Shown in pieces: positions 38,001 through 53,000 of a DNA stretch of 64,000 bases (position 1 is its first letter; the number at the start of each line of letters is the position of its first letter). The stretch comes from Carcharhinus amblyrhynchos. Lineage: Eukaryota. The position numbers were made by a program, and so were the translations under genes. The notes beneath the pieces were generated by a model. That model had not been told where the DNA came from. It worked only from the letters and a program-made list of their open reading frames with translations, and did not search any database. The DNA lies in contig OZ336895.1 in assembly GCA_965287045.1 (NCBI GenBank), positions 24,118,001 to 24,182,000 on the forward strand, written 5' to 3'.

Positions 38001-41000
38001 GAACAGAAATTAGGATTGGAATTCTCCACACCCTCCCTGGGAGTGGGCTAGCAGTGAGGGGCAAAATATTGGGGGACATATGGCAGTGGCAGACCGATTT
38101 TAATGCACCTGCTTGCTTGTAAACTAATTGAGGCCCTTTATTTGCCAAGTAATTGGCTCATAAGGGGCTGTTCTCGCAAGAGCTCTTATTTTACCAAAGG
38201 CAGGGTTGCCAGAGCACCCTGTAAACAATGGAGCAAGTAACTCCCCTCTAGCACTGTATGCTTCCCCCAATACTCCCCCTAACCAACCACAAAAGCCATC
38301 CTTTCTCACTCACTGGGACCAACCCATACAACCACCATGAGATATGTATCTGCACATCTGGCTCCAAGGCTCCTCTTAAAGGGGGAGCTGCCTGTTGTCC
38401 CAATGGCGATGACTACTTCTTGTGGCATTGCTAGGAATGGAGGGCTGCTGCCATCTGATTAACCAACAGCTATCAAAGGGAGGCTTCAGGTTCAACTTTG
38501 GCTCTGGTTCCACCACAAAATACTAGGTGGCTGACTGTAAAATTGGCTTTCCTGTACTAGCCAGATGGAGATGCGGACACCCTCGACTTTAAACTGGGCA
38601 CGCAGGCCCAGCACCTCCAGATAAAATTGCCTTGTATCAATCACAATGGCATGCTCTTGGCACTTAAGACATTAAATAACGGGTATACAGGATTTTGATT
38701 GAAATAATGTTGTTGAGGGATGCACTGTAAATGATTGGAAAGTGATGGAGGCCAAATCTACTCCCAATGCTTTATCCACTGTGACTGAGAGGTAGACAAG
38801 TAAGCTGAATCTACAGAAAGGTTTCAGCAATTATCCATTGACTTGAGTCACGTCCCAAATGCAGCTCCTCCACTAAACCGGGATTGAGTCTTGGAGCAAA
38901 TTACCTGCCATTGAATAAGCTCAGCCTTCTCAATGTGCACAGCCACCAAACTATCCAGAACCGTGCAATACTCCTCACTGTCTTTCCAAATACCATGTAA
39001 TGTACCAAAATTCGAAGCATGGATCCAGAAATCTATACAGCTTTATACAGAAATCAGGGGCTCTCATTTCACTGCTGTCTGCAAACATAAGAACATAAGA
39101 ACATAAGAACATAAGAAATAGGAGCAGGAGTAGGCCATCTAGCCCTTCGAGCCTGCCCCGCCATTCAATAAGATCATGGCTGATCTGTCGTGGCTCAGTT
39201 CCACTTTCCCGCCCTCTCCCCATAACCCTTAATCCCTTCTCTTATCAAAAACCCATCAACCCGCTTCTTAAAAATATTTAGCGAGGCAGCCTCCACCACT
39301 TCAACGGGCAGAGAATTCCAGAGATTCACCACCCTTTGAGTGAAGAAGTTCCTCCTCAACTCCGTTCTAAACCGCCTCCCCTTTATCTTGAGGCTGTGCC
39401 CCCTAGTCCTACTGTCTTTTTTGAGCGGGAAGAGTCTCTCCACCTCTATCCTATCCATCCCATTCATCATCTTATACGTCTCAATGAGATCTCCCCTCAT
39501 TCTTCTAAACTCTAACGAGTACAAGCCTAGTTTATTCAGCCTCTCCTCATAGCTCAATCCCCTCAACTCCGGTATCAGCCTAGTAAACCTCCTCTGCACT
39601 CCCTCCAGGGCCAAAATATCCTTGCGCAGGTGCGGCGCCCAAAACTGCACACAGTACTCCAGCTGCGGCCTCACCAATGCCCTATACAGCTGCAGCAAGA
39701 CCTCCCTACTTTTATATTCAATCCCCCTCGCTATGAAGGCCAGCATCCCATTCGCCTTCCTGACCACCTGCTGCACCTGCAAGCTGGGTTTTTGCGACTC
39801 ATGCACAAGGACCCCGAGGTCCCTCTGCACCGTCGCCTGCTGCAGTTTTTCGCCACGTAAGTAATAGTCCTTCCTACCATTCTTCCTACCAAGTACTTCC
39901 TACATCAGACAATTCAATGATTCAGTGTTATGCTTAATATTTTGAAACTAACTAACCGCCTGTTATTTATATATGGCAGACCTGCAAGTGATGGGAACAG
40001 TACAGTTGAGGCAATCTGCACTTTCAAAAGGAATGCTGCCCAGCCAATTGATAAAGTTCTACTCTACCATGAATTCCGAGACAACACACAGGGCATCACC
40101 ACCTTAGGAACGTATTCATTGGACAGCAACAAACTCTACGTCAATGGTACCTGCTCATTTTAAGTAAATAGTTATTTATTTTTACTGTACTCAGTTGAAA
40201 CTTTATCTCACAGCAGTAGGATACGGCCTATATCATCAAAATTTTCCTCACAAACAGTGCCCCCTACACACTAATCACTTGGCCAAGTCTCAACCTTGAA
40301 CCTGTCTTCCATCTGAAGGTCAGATATGGAGATGTTCGCTGATGATTCCACATTGTTCAGCACATTTGCAACTCCTCAGATACTGGCTAGTCCATGTCTA
40401 AATGTAGCTAAACCTGGACAATAGCCAGGCATGGGCTAACAAATGGGCAGTAATGTTCATAAGAACATAAGAAGTAGGAGCACAAGTAGGCCATCTAGCC
40501 CTTCGAGCCTGCCCCGCCATTCAATAAGATCATGGCTGATCTGAAGTGGATCAGTTCCACTTTCCTGCTTTCTCCCCATAACCCTTAATTCCCCTGTCTA
40601 TCAGAAACCTATCTACCCATGACTTAAATATATTTAGTGAGGTAGCCTCCACCACTTCAACAGGCAGAGAATTCCAGAGATTCACCACCCTTTGAGTGAA
40701 GAAGTTCCTCCTCATCTCTGATCTAAACTGCACCCCCCCCCCCCCAAACTTATCTTGAGGCTGTGCTCTCTAGTTCTGCTATCCTTTCTAAGCGGGAAGA
40801 ATCTCTCTACCTCTACCCTATCCATCCCCTTCATTACCTTACACATCTCTATAAGATTCCCCCCCATCCTTCTAAACTCCAACGAGTACAGGCCCAGTCT
40901 AGTCTCTCTTCATAGGCCAACCTTCTCATCTCCGGTATCAGCCTAGTGAACCTCCTCTGCACTCCCTCCAAGACCAAGGCCAAGGTTCACATCACACAAA

Positions 41001-44000
41001 TTCCAGCCAATGATTATCTGTAAAAAGGGAGAATCAAACCTTTGCCATTTGTCATTCAATTGCCATTAACAAAACTGAAATCTGCACTATCAGATTCCTG
41101 GGGATTCAGAAACTGTACTGCATTAGCCATATAAATACAGTGGTTATCAGAGCAGATCACAGTCATAGGAATAATGCAATATGTAACTCACCTCCTGCCT
41201 TCCCACAATCTGCAAGGCTCAAGTCAGGAGTGTGAAGAAATACACTAGCCTTGCCTGGATGGCTGCTGCTTTAACAACATTCAAGAAGCTTCACATCATC
41301 CAGGACAAAGCAGCCACTTGACTGTTAACCCTTCTGCAAATATTCAATTCCTCGCTCACTGTCAAAGAGTGACAGCTGTTTGTACTTTCAATAATATGGG
41401 CTGCAGGAATTCATAGAGGCTCCTTAGACAGCATCTTCCAAACCTTCAGGCAACACCAGACATTAAGATAATGGCAACAGAGACATGGGAACAGCCACCT
41501 AGGACTTCCCCTCTTGGCTTGTAAATATATCAAGTTCCTTCAGTGTTGGGGGTTAAAATCCAGGCACACCCTCCCTAACAGCACTGTGAGTGCACCTACA
41601 TCACATGGTTCAAGAATGCAACTCACCATCAAGGGCAATTAGAGACAAGGCATAAATGCTGGCCTAACCATCAATGCCCAAATCATTCAAATGATTTTTT
41701 TTTTATACCCTGGTCTGCTGGTTCTCTGCAGCTTGGCTTTCCCCAAACAGCTTACTGCCCTTCAGTCAAATCACTCTCCCTCACTACTGATTATTTGACT
41801 CCAAATTATTTCTCAGTGGATTCCTGCTTACTTGTTTGTAACCCAAAATAAATAACACACAAATTATTGCAACATCCATTTTAGCATGTTGAAAAGTTTA
41901 ATCTCTTACAAGGTGGGAAGTGTCTTATCCAAGTCATCATATGTTTCAGACACAGGTTTAATTTATATGAAACTCATGTGATTAAATCCAATTTTAAAAG
42001 GAAGTATTTTAACCAGCTTCATTCAACTTTCCAAATATATTTGCTTTTTTTTTAGGTTACCATGAATCAACTGCCTTAACCAGTAAGTATGATAACTAAA
42101 ATTAAAACAAAATGCCACAGATGTTGGAAATTTGAAACAGAAACAGAAATTGCTGAAAAATTTCAACAGGTCTGGCAGCATCTCTGGAGAGAGAAATAAA
42201 GTTAACATTTTGAGTCCGAGTCACTCTTGTTCAGTGCATGATAACTACCTCTGTTCATTTTATATTGTGGTTTAATACCTATCCAAAATGAGCAGTGAGT
42301 TGGTTTCTTGTGTAATCTTACAGCAATCAGACCTGAGTAAAGAAATGTAGGTGAAAGGTATCCTCTGTCTGATAGTGAAACTGTCAGCACATTCTTTAGC
42401 AATTCATTTGGGATGCTGCTCAAATTAACACACGCCTCAAACCTTCACTGTTGTGTGAGCAGTGGGTCAGTTGGTGACACGCACATCCCTGCCTTAGAAG
42501 CATGTGGGTTTGAGTTTCATTGCAGAACTCAAGCGTAACAATCTACACTGACACTCCAGTAGAGTGCTGCACTGTTGGAGTTGCAGCCCTTCCATTGGAT
42601 GTGAAAGATTCCACACACTGTTTTGAAAAAAAGAAAGAGTGGGAGATTGTCCTTCAATCGCCACCACAAAACCCCAGTGATCTGCTCATGTTCACATTGC
42701 TCCATGTGCTTTTCCTTAGTTACAAGAATGGTCAGACTTCAAATAGTTCAAAGTGCTTCAGGAAGTCTGATAGTTATTAAAGGTGCTGTACAAATGCAAA
42801 CATTTCCTTTTTATTGGAATAAACTGGATGCTAAAACATAATTGGCTGGAATCAGATAGTTAAAACATTTAAAATTCAGAAATTGAAATTCCGATTGCTG
42901 GAAGTTCTGGTGGATGAGTAACATGGGAATCAAAGGTGAAGTCAGGAGCTGGAAAAATCATCCCATCAGTAACACTAGAGATTACACTGTGCATGTAAAT
43001 TTTTAACTCAACTGCCTCTATATTTACTTCAATTATAACAAAACAATTATACATTCTTAATGGACAAAATGTCCATTAATGCCAAAACAATTCTACATCT
43101 CATCAGTTCCTGTCAATTCCACCTTGTTAAAAATGCTATGTTATGAAATGAAATATATTCCTGGATTAATTATGAAATGATTTGTGTAGAAAAATAAATA
43201 TCACACACAATTGTAATTTTGATCATATTCCCCAGATTAGAAAAAGATTTGTCAGTGGATGATAATGTAGGATTTTGGTGACTGAATATTAAACATCGAC
43301 AATGGAAACTTATTTTCAGCTGAAAGGTTAAACCATTCAAAATGAATCTGTTTTAAAATCTCTATAAAATATCAGAGAATGGGATTTCAGGCATTGAAGA
43401 AGAAGGGAATAGAGGGATATCAGAGTCAAGCAGAAAGAAGTAAGCTATGAGAAGGAATTTGTTTGAAGTAGAAAAACTGCATAGATCAGTTCAGCTGAAT
43501 TGGATGCTCCTGCTCTGCACACTTGGTTTGAATATCCAGATTTTGAGCGTGGATTAAAGCAAAACAGCGTTGACAGTAAATGTTACTGCATGTCATCAAG
43601 GTGCATGTGTCAGTATGTGTATAGCGAATGGGCACCAAAAGCATGAAGAGTAAGCAGACAAGGATGTTCATTAGCATGCAACACTGATTTGACCACGACT
43701 CTGCCATTTTGGAGCCCAATGCTTCAGCTAATGAGCTCTAGTGCTCTTAAGCTCACACAGCTTATTATTTCACTCAATAACAATGTACATCCATTTTAAT
43801 CACAGCAGCAGAAACATTGACAGCCAACACACAGATCTCCGTGTCAACACTGACTTCAACAACAGCTCCCGTTTCAACAAGTACAACAGCACTAATTGCA
43901 ACAGTGAGCTCCAGTAAAGCATCTACAACTGAAGCAACAACACGCGCAACCTCAATCTCTTCAACAAGTGGTGAGTATGAATGCTCTCTTGTGAATTGTG

Positions 44001-47000
44001 CTGTTCTGATTCATTTTAAATCCGCGACAATTTCAGAAATACATCATGTAACAAAGCACTGTAGTATGAATTAGGTAACAATTACACAGGTAGAAAATTA
44101 TCCAAAAGACATTTGGTGAATAATATTTGCAACGTGGCTATGTTACATTATATCTAAGATGGTGACTTTGGCAATAAATGTTTGGATGTTCCATCTATTT
44201 TGTATACCTCATGAAGTCTCAAACCTACTTTAATAACAGCAGCAACAGAGACTTATACTGCAAAGACACAGCCATTCACTGCAACACCAACCTCAACATC
44301 AGCTGTTGCTTCAACAAGAACAACAGCATCAACAACTACAGTGATCTCGACTGAGGCATCAACAAAGAAAGTAACAACAACCTCAACATCAAACACTTCA
44401 ATAGCCGGTCAGTACACAATTCTTCCTATCAGGGGCATCATTCCCACTTCTTAAACTCTACTGGGATTTTACAATCACTGAAAAGGTGACAACAGATGAG
44501 GGTTAATGTTGACTACCATTGCACAGAATGGAATAATGAGGTGATACGGTCTTTGCAAACATAGAATTTACCAGTATAGTATCAAGTTAAGCTCGTTAGT
44601 TCTGCTACAATGTCTCAAAGCTGGCAACCTCAGGACTGAGGTCGTGTCAAATTTCAGATCTTGCTACGGGCAGTTTGAACCATGGGCGATTTAGGTCAAA
44701 CTGGGTCTGATGAAGTCAAGGGTCATTCGAAGTGCAGGAATAGACAGGCGCAAGCATGGCGAAGCAGGTAGCTAGTGAGGTGTCACATCAATCCAAATCA
44801 ATATCTCATCAATCATAGACTCCCTACAGTGCAGAAGAAGGCTATTCAGTCCATCGAGTCTGTACTAACCACAATCACCCAGGGCCCATTCCCATAACCC
44901 CACACATTTACCCTGGTAATTCCCCTGACATTAGGGTCAATTAGTATGGTCAGTCAACCTACCCCGCACATCTTTAGAGTATGGGAGGAAACTGGAGTCC
45001 CTGGAGGAAACCCATGCAGACGTGGAGAGAAACTGCAAACTCCACACAGACAGTTCCCTGAGGAACCTGGGTCCCTGGCACTGTGAGACAGCAGTGCCAA
45101 CCACTGTGCAACTGTGCTGCCACTATGCTGCCCCAGCTGTGGCACAGTGGCACACTGGTTAGCAGTGCTGCCTCACAGCGCTAGGGACCCGGGTTCAATT
45201 CCAGACTCAGGTCATTGTCTGTGTGGAGTTTGCACATTCCCTGTGTCTGCGTGGGTTTCCTCCCAAAGGCCAAGGACGTGCAGGTTAGCTGTAATGACCA
45301 TGCTAAATTGCCCCTTAATGACAAGGGACTAGCTAGGATGAATGCATGGAGTCATGGGAATAAAGTCTATTTAGAATTGTAGTCAGTGCTGACTCAATGG
45401 GCTGAATGGCCTCCTTCTGCGCTATAGGATTCTATGATCAATTAGCTAGGCCTTATGACACAGAGATTAATTCCTTTTGCCTTGCTGTTACAATTATTTG
45501 GGAAGATATTAACTGTTCTTAATTAACATTTAGAGGTTTATTAACATAAAGACTTAACGTTTGCTTTAAGTGAATAATTAACAAGGCACTTTATTTAAGT
45601 AATCAGGAACCTTAACTAAATGAGTAACATATTAAGTAAGGTACAGGTTGACTAAACTGCTGTTCAAATAATACAAGGAACATTCAATACCAAAACAGTA
45701 ATAATTGAATTTTAGTCACTCTCTGTGTCATAAGGCCTAGCTAATTGGTTATATATAACCAGGCTTGATGGAATTCAGAAGATTTGGGAGTTCTTCTGTA
45801 GTTGTCCACTGTCTTTAATGTCTTTCTGACTTGGTATCCTTCTGTTCGGTAGCTGGATAATTCTCTTAAGTGATATTTAAACTGGCAGGATGGAGGGTGC
45901 TCTAGAGATGAATGCTAGCCTTTTGAATGACTGTCCTGGCTCTGGAGATGTTCTCCCAGAAAAGGCTGTTGTTTTGGCCTTTATACCTACGATGACCATG
46001 CAATTTTCTTATCCCCGGATTGGTTTGATGTTGTCAATGCTATCAAATTCAAATCTAATAGGTCTTAATAGTTGATTGTCCTTTTTAAACTGATAGGCTG
46101 GCAGAATGCAAAAGCCTGCTACCAAATCAACCTTGATGTTTGGTCTTTTTGAAATAAATATTGCAACCTGGAGTCTGTGTGTACTCTGCGTTTTAGCACA
46201 GAACTCAAGAACAGCTTTTAAAGGGATAACGCACTGATTTCTTTCCCTCTAGCATTTTTTATAATTCTTTTATATCTTTATGAACATTCTTATATCTTTA
46301 CAAACTCAAATTCACAACACAGGTAAGTTGTTATTTCTTCTTTTACTCAATTAAAACTGATACAGGGTAACTTCTAAACATGTCCAGTTTTTGCACAATT
46401 CTCTTTTTTTGGCCAGGCAGATTTGAGACACTAATGTAATATTATCATCGCAAAAGACCAAAGAAAAATTTAATCATTTATCTGTAAGAAGTACCATACA
46501 AAATTATTTGTCATGAACCTCTATCGCCTTGGAAAGATCATTTTAAAAGTGTGGAAACGCATTCCCTCAGAAGAAAATTAATGCTGTAGATTTAAAGGAA
46601 CAATTAAATCAAAGTAATTTTATGCAACTTTGCGCTTTGTTCTTTTGTGTTTATTTTTCTTAACCTCGTGTATGATCAAATCTCTACTTCACTTTCTGTA
46701 TGATGATTTAAATATAGTGTATGTTTCCTGTTTATTATATTCTGATTTGGCTTCTATGAGGAATCTTCAATCTGATTTCCTGCTCATAGACACTTGGGAT
46801 CCTCTATAGAGGGGTCCATATTCAGACTGACGGAGGATGAGTAGAAATGTCTGCTGAGAAGTTCACTGAAGGTCTGTGGGAAACTACACAGGAAGCGAAC
46901 TTTGAAAGTTGTTCCTTTGTCACTCATTGCAAAACTTCTACCAAGAGGTTATAATCCTGCCTTGGATAGAATTAAATTTTTTGACCTCACTTTGCATTGC

Positions 47001-50000
47001 ATCTTGTTGTTTCATAGTGGAACCCACCATCGTGCCTGTGACAGATAATCCAAATCAAGGAACACAGTCAAAAGAATTTAATGTAACCTTCACCGCCCTC
47101 AACCTGCCATTCACACCAGACCTACAAAATCTCAATTCACCGTTGTACACAACTGAATCGAGGAACATTCGTGACAAGGCAAGTCTGCCATCTGTGTCAG
47201 TTGAGAAGAAAATACTCTATTTCATTGCATGATCATACTAAAATGCAACAATTTAATTTTTTACAGCTCAATAATTTGTATGCAAACAGCAATGTTAATG
47301 CAACATTCTCGGATTGTAAGAGCGTATCATTCAGGTAAAAAATAACAATTACTCTGAAAGTTCCAGGTCAAACTGCATCCACAACATATGTTGAAGTGAC
47401 CTGGATTTATTACATAAAATAGTTATATTATTAAAATAGCGTTTGAAAATGAATTGCTCAATGTCATAGTGTGATGTGGTAATTTCTGTGTTGTTGCAAG
47501 CTTCACATACCCAACCTTCATTAGTCATTAGTCAATGTTATATATAAATCTTTAATAAAATAAGGTCACAACCTTTTCTATCTATGTGGCAGACCTGCAA
47601 GCAATGGAGACAGTACAGTTGAGGTAATCTGCATTTTCAAACAGAATGCTAATGTCCAGCAAGTCAATAAAGTTCAACTTTACCATGAATTCCAAGACAA
47701 CACACAGGGCATCACCACCTTGGGAACATATTCACTGGACAACGACAGCCTCTTTGTCAATGGTAAATGCTCATTTTAATTAAATCATAGTATCATAGAA
47801 CAAATATCTATTCAATTTTATTGCAATGTAATCAATGAATTCTTAATTTATGAGGCACTGTCTCAACAGCTGCTCTTCATCCTCTCCTAAGATTGATGCC
47901 CTATCCTTCATAATGATTTGACACCATAGCCTGGCCTACTGATTGTCTTCTCCATGCTCCACACCCACACCTACTCCGCCGCGGGGGAACCTGCAATGGT
48001 GGCGGGGGTTGGGGGGGGGCGCGGGGGTCGCTGTCAGTGGGACCTGACAATCCCATCAAAGGAAACAATTGTAAAATTTCTTGATCTGATGGCTTCATCA
48101 CACTTCGTGTGCTCCATCTCACTCATTCTCACTCACTTCTGATCTGTTGATTCCATCTTGCTGTTGTTTTTCTAGCATGTTGGCACAGTGCTTAGCACCG
48201 CTGCCTCACAGTGCCAGATACTGAGGTTTGGTTCCCCATTTGGGTCACTGTCTGTGCGGAGTCTGCACATTCTCCCCATGTCTGCATGAGTTTCCTCCAG
48301 GTTTCCTCCCACAGTCTAAAAGACATGCTGGTTAGGTGCATTGGCCATGCTAAATGGGCGGCATAGTAGCACAGTGGTTAGCACTGCTGCTTCAAAGCTC
48401 CAGGGACCTGCGTTCGATTCCCGGCTCGGGTTACTGTCTGTGTGGAGTTTGCATGTTCTCCTCGTGTCTGTGTGGGTTTCCTCCGGATGCTCCGGTTTTC
48501 TCCCACAGTCCAAAGATGTGTGGGTTAGGTTGATTGGCCATGCTAAAGTTACCCCTTAGTGTCCTAAGATGCTTAGGTTAGTGGGATTAGCGGACCATAA
48601 TATGTAGGGATATGGGAGTAGGGCCTGGGTGGAATTGTGGTCGGTGCAGACTTGATGGGCTGAAGGGCCTCTTTCTGCACTGTAGGGTTCCATGGTCCTA
48701 TGGTTAAATTCTCCCTCAGTGTACCCGAACAGGCGCCAGAGTGTGGTGACTGAGGGATTTTCACAGTAACTTCCTTGCCTACTTGTGACTAATAAATAAA
48801 CTGAAAATTAAACTTACTCTTGCCTATTCATTGCCAAATCAAGGAGGTAACATTCATTTAACACCGACATTCGCATTTTCAAACATGTAATTTCATACAA
48901 AATGTGAAGCATTTTATGCAAACTAGCACGTTTCTTGGTTTAATTTATATCAAACACGTAATTAATTGCAATTTTCAGGGGAAGTTTTTTTAAGTAGCTT
49001 ACTTATCATTTCCAAATATATTTGTTCTTTCAGGCTACCATGAATCATCTGTGTCTACCAGTAAGTATGAAAACTAGTTAATATTGCTGTTTAATATCAC
49101 TACAAACGTACCATAGAATCAGTTCGCACGTAATGTTTCAATAGCCAGACTTGAGACAAGAATCGTATTGGAAAGGTTTCCTCTGTGCATAAGGCACAGT
49201 GAAATTGTAAGCATCATCTTCTGCAATATGATTTAGGATTCCAAGTACGCAAAGAACAAGTACGCAAAGTCAACCTGCACTCTCGTGCTAGCTATGATCC
49301 CATTGGGAGAACAAGACTGACTTTTAGTGATAACCTCCATTGCTATCTATTCCCTTGTCTTCTGACTGTGTATCAGGAGGACCTCCTGGCTCTTGTGGGT
49401 ACAAAACATCTCTCCTCCATCACCAAGTCCTCTGGTGCAATGTCGGAAAACCTGGTACCTGCTGTCCTTCGCATTCAGCCATTCCTTTGCTTTTCCCAGG
49501 TCAGAATCAGCTTCTCCCCAGGACTTAGGTGGTAATCTGGCAGTGCAAGGCTATTTGAGCTACTGTCCAGGTGGAGTGGACACTTACTTTGATCATGTCA
49601 GTGGGGATACCAGCACACTGTCATTATCAGATGAATCAGAACAATCATATTATTCTTTGTGGCCAGATGAATCAGAACAGTCACATTATTTTTCGTGGCC
49701 AGGTCTCCCAGTATTATGGTTCACTTTACGAGCCCTTCTTTTATATAATACATGAAGTGCTGTGGGTAAGATAAAAGCAGAGAATTACTTGAAAAGAAAT
49801 GAAGCAAATAGGATCAGACAATTATGTCCAGTGTGAAATCACGTTCTAGGGCTGACTGAACCTAAAAGTGCTTTTCGTGCCCACTTCTGAGCCCACTGGG
49901 TACTTGCACCCAACGATTCAGGCCCAGGTTTCAGAATTAAACATTAAAGAGCAAATTCTTTACTGACACTTTCAATATATTGTCAAATAATACTACATCA

Positions 50001-53000
50001 TTGAAGATGTAATGTTCCCATTTAGATTTAGTGCATCCTTGCATTTCCTGTGTAATAATTTTTTGAAATATGGGTTTTACAAAATGTGGAAGTTGAACTA
50101 AATATCATGTCTAGGCTGTCGTGTCCTCTCTTTGATGTGACGAACGTTAAGACATTGATGTTAACAGTATGTGTAACTAGAGTAGAAGCAGCACATTGTA
50201 TTTGAAACCAAACTTGCCAGCCGTATAGAAGATTCCATATTACCGTTCCTCTCATAGGAGTAAGGAGGACTTAATTCATCACCAGAGAAACAATATAGTG
50301 ACATTGCATGTTCTGTACCTACTCAGATGATGTGGTAGAAAACATTGGGTTTTCTAATGGGAAAGCATAACTGTCAGCATTTCCACAACTTCTAACACTG
50401 GTCTGGAAAACCGATATTAGGATTTTTGTAGATTTGTGTGTATTTTGGTTCTCTTGCAAATGACACATCTTGGTCTATTCTCAGTCTAATATGTTCCTTA
50501 TGTCTGCTAATAGCGATACCACCAACTGTGACCACAACACAAACTCCAGGCCTGGGTGTGAAGCCCATTGAATTCAATGTGACCTTTGTTATCACTGACT
50601 TGACATTTACTCAAAGTCTACAAGATCCCAGTTCTTTGCTGTACATTTCTGCCTCAACTATTATTTCTCACCAGGTAACCAATACAATTATGCTAGCATG
50701 CAATAAGTCAAATGTGCATTTTTGTAATTGCTAATTGGAGAAAATGACTGATTGAATTATTCTGCGAATCATTGAGGATTTCTCCCTCACTATGATTGTG
50801 AATTTATTGCAGCTCACCGACCTGTACAACAAGAGCAAAGTTAATGCAAGATTTTCAGGTTGTAGAACCACTTCCTTCAAGTGAGTTGTTTCATTGTTTT
50901 ATGTTGAAAATATGCATTATGATTAATTTGTAAATATAAATAGGCATTATGGAAGGGTAAGTTGATAATAGTTCTACGAACCATGTGAAAATGTTTAAAA
51001 TTGGTAAATGCCTCGCAATGTATGGCACGTAGAGAAACATTCAATGACTGTATGTTATATGTATTGTTGCATGTTGTATTGTATGTTATATGTATTGTGC
51101 GTTCCCTGATACTGTTTGTAATTATTTTACATTGGTATGTTTCAGTCACACATCATTAGCTAACTAGAATAGCAATTAAAGTTTTAGCCGCGGAACTAAT
51201 TCCTTCACCATTAGTGTTACATTGTTCTGATATTCATTTCACCCTGACAAATAGTGCTGGAGGGCAAGGACCTGTTTTGAACTGATCTTTTGAGAACAGT
51301 GATAGATTGGTATTCATTTAAAACTCTGGAATGCAGGATAAGTGGAATTTCCTATTTTTTTCTTAGTTCTGGACCAAGGAGGCAAAGCAGTGTGCAGCTC
51401 AGTGGCTGCACAGTCAGCTTTTCTCATCATATTATGCACAGTTGTTAGAAAATAATTCTAGACATATGGCCCATGTTCTCATGCCGGTAAGGCAGGCTCT
51501 GAAATAGCTGTCAATGTACCAGCTAGCATAATTAAGGACCCCTCGCACCCAGAACATTCTCTCTTCCATCCCCTTCCTTCGGGACAAAGATATAAAAGTC
51601 ACGTACCAACCAACTCAAGAACAGCTTCTTCCCTGCTGCTGTCAGACTTTTGAACAGATTTACCTTGCATTAAGTTGATTTTTCTCTACAACTTAGTTAT
51701 GACTGTAACACTTAATTCTGCACTCTCTCCTTTCCTTCTCTAATTTACAGTATGTTTTGTATGTATAGCATTTAAAAAAACAATACTTTTCACTGTATGC
51801 TAATAATGTGACAATAATAAATCAAATCAAATCAAATGTAAGTTTTCTAGAGATAGAAATGTCTGATAAAACAAATGAATATACTCTCAAACGCACACAG
51901 GGAACTCTGCCTCCATGTACACAAGGACCCACACACCTTCCCAAATACATGGGACCCCTCCCCCACCTCCAAATGCATATCAGGACACCGCATCTGTGGA
52001 GGTCCCCAGAGGAACCCCTATGACACTGGCCGCAGCACCCTCTCACTATTTCTGACTAGGAAGGCAATGCCAGAGTGCAATGCCAAAAAGCACTGCCAGT
52101 GGGCATTGGCAAAGGGCACTGCAAGGGAGCACTACATGACCATGTGTTTCTCTGCCCCCCCCCCCCCCCCCCAAAGATACCTGTAACTGCCCAGCAAGTT
52201 CCAGTCACCTGGTTCACTTTGCTGTTGTACTCCTCGCTGACACGACATCACATCGGCAAGGGAGGAAATGGCAATGTGGGGGGAAATGGGGAAGCATGCT
52301 AATGGGATGAAAATGTATTGAAAGGAGATTCCTGACCTACCTGTGTGTGAACCTCGTTTTGTCAATGGTGGAGAGTGGGGATGATCACACTGCGAGATCT
52401 CACCGGCAAGTATCTCACTGGCCTCTCACAGGATTTTGCACCCCCCTATGCCATGGGTGCAAAAACCCAGCTGATATTTGCAACTTCAATTAAAGAAATG
52501 CAGAATGATGTCAATCACAATAAAAAGTTCAGAACAACATGTCATTTAGTTAACTCCCTTAACACATTTTGTTTTAACAGACTGGCAGATATTGCTAACA
52601 CCCGTGTGTTTGCAATTTGCACATTCAGAAATGATTCTGATCCTCAGGAGGTTAACAAAGTTACTGTGTACCATGCATTTAGAGACAACACAAAGAACAT
52701 CTCCACCTTAGGAATGTATTCACTGGACAGCAACAGCCTCTACGTAAATGGTATTGTGCATTAAAAATGTATCTATTTAAATGATTGAACTTGTTACTTT
52801 TTTTAAAATCCTGCATTAATTCCAGTCTTTATTGATAACTTTTCAATTGATGCATTTCACCCAAAACATGTTACTAATTTTTCAGGTTACAATAAACAGA
52901 CTCCTTTACCCAGTGAGTATTTCTTTAAAGCAAATTCTTTACTGATACCTCTTCATATATTATCAAAAAAAAACACATTATCAGAAATACAATGACCGAA

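Noticed and set aside
45138-48430. tRNA genes suggested by A- and B-box motifs (GGTTCAATTCC, GTTCGATTCC)
   Set aside because: They are SINE heads running into SINE bodies; no complete cloverleaf is evident.
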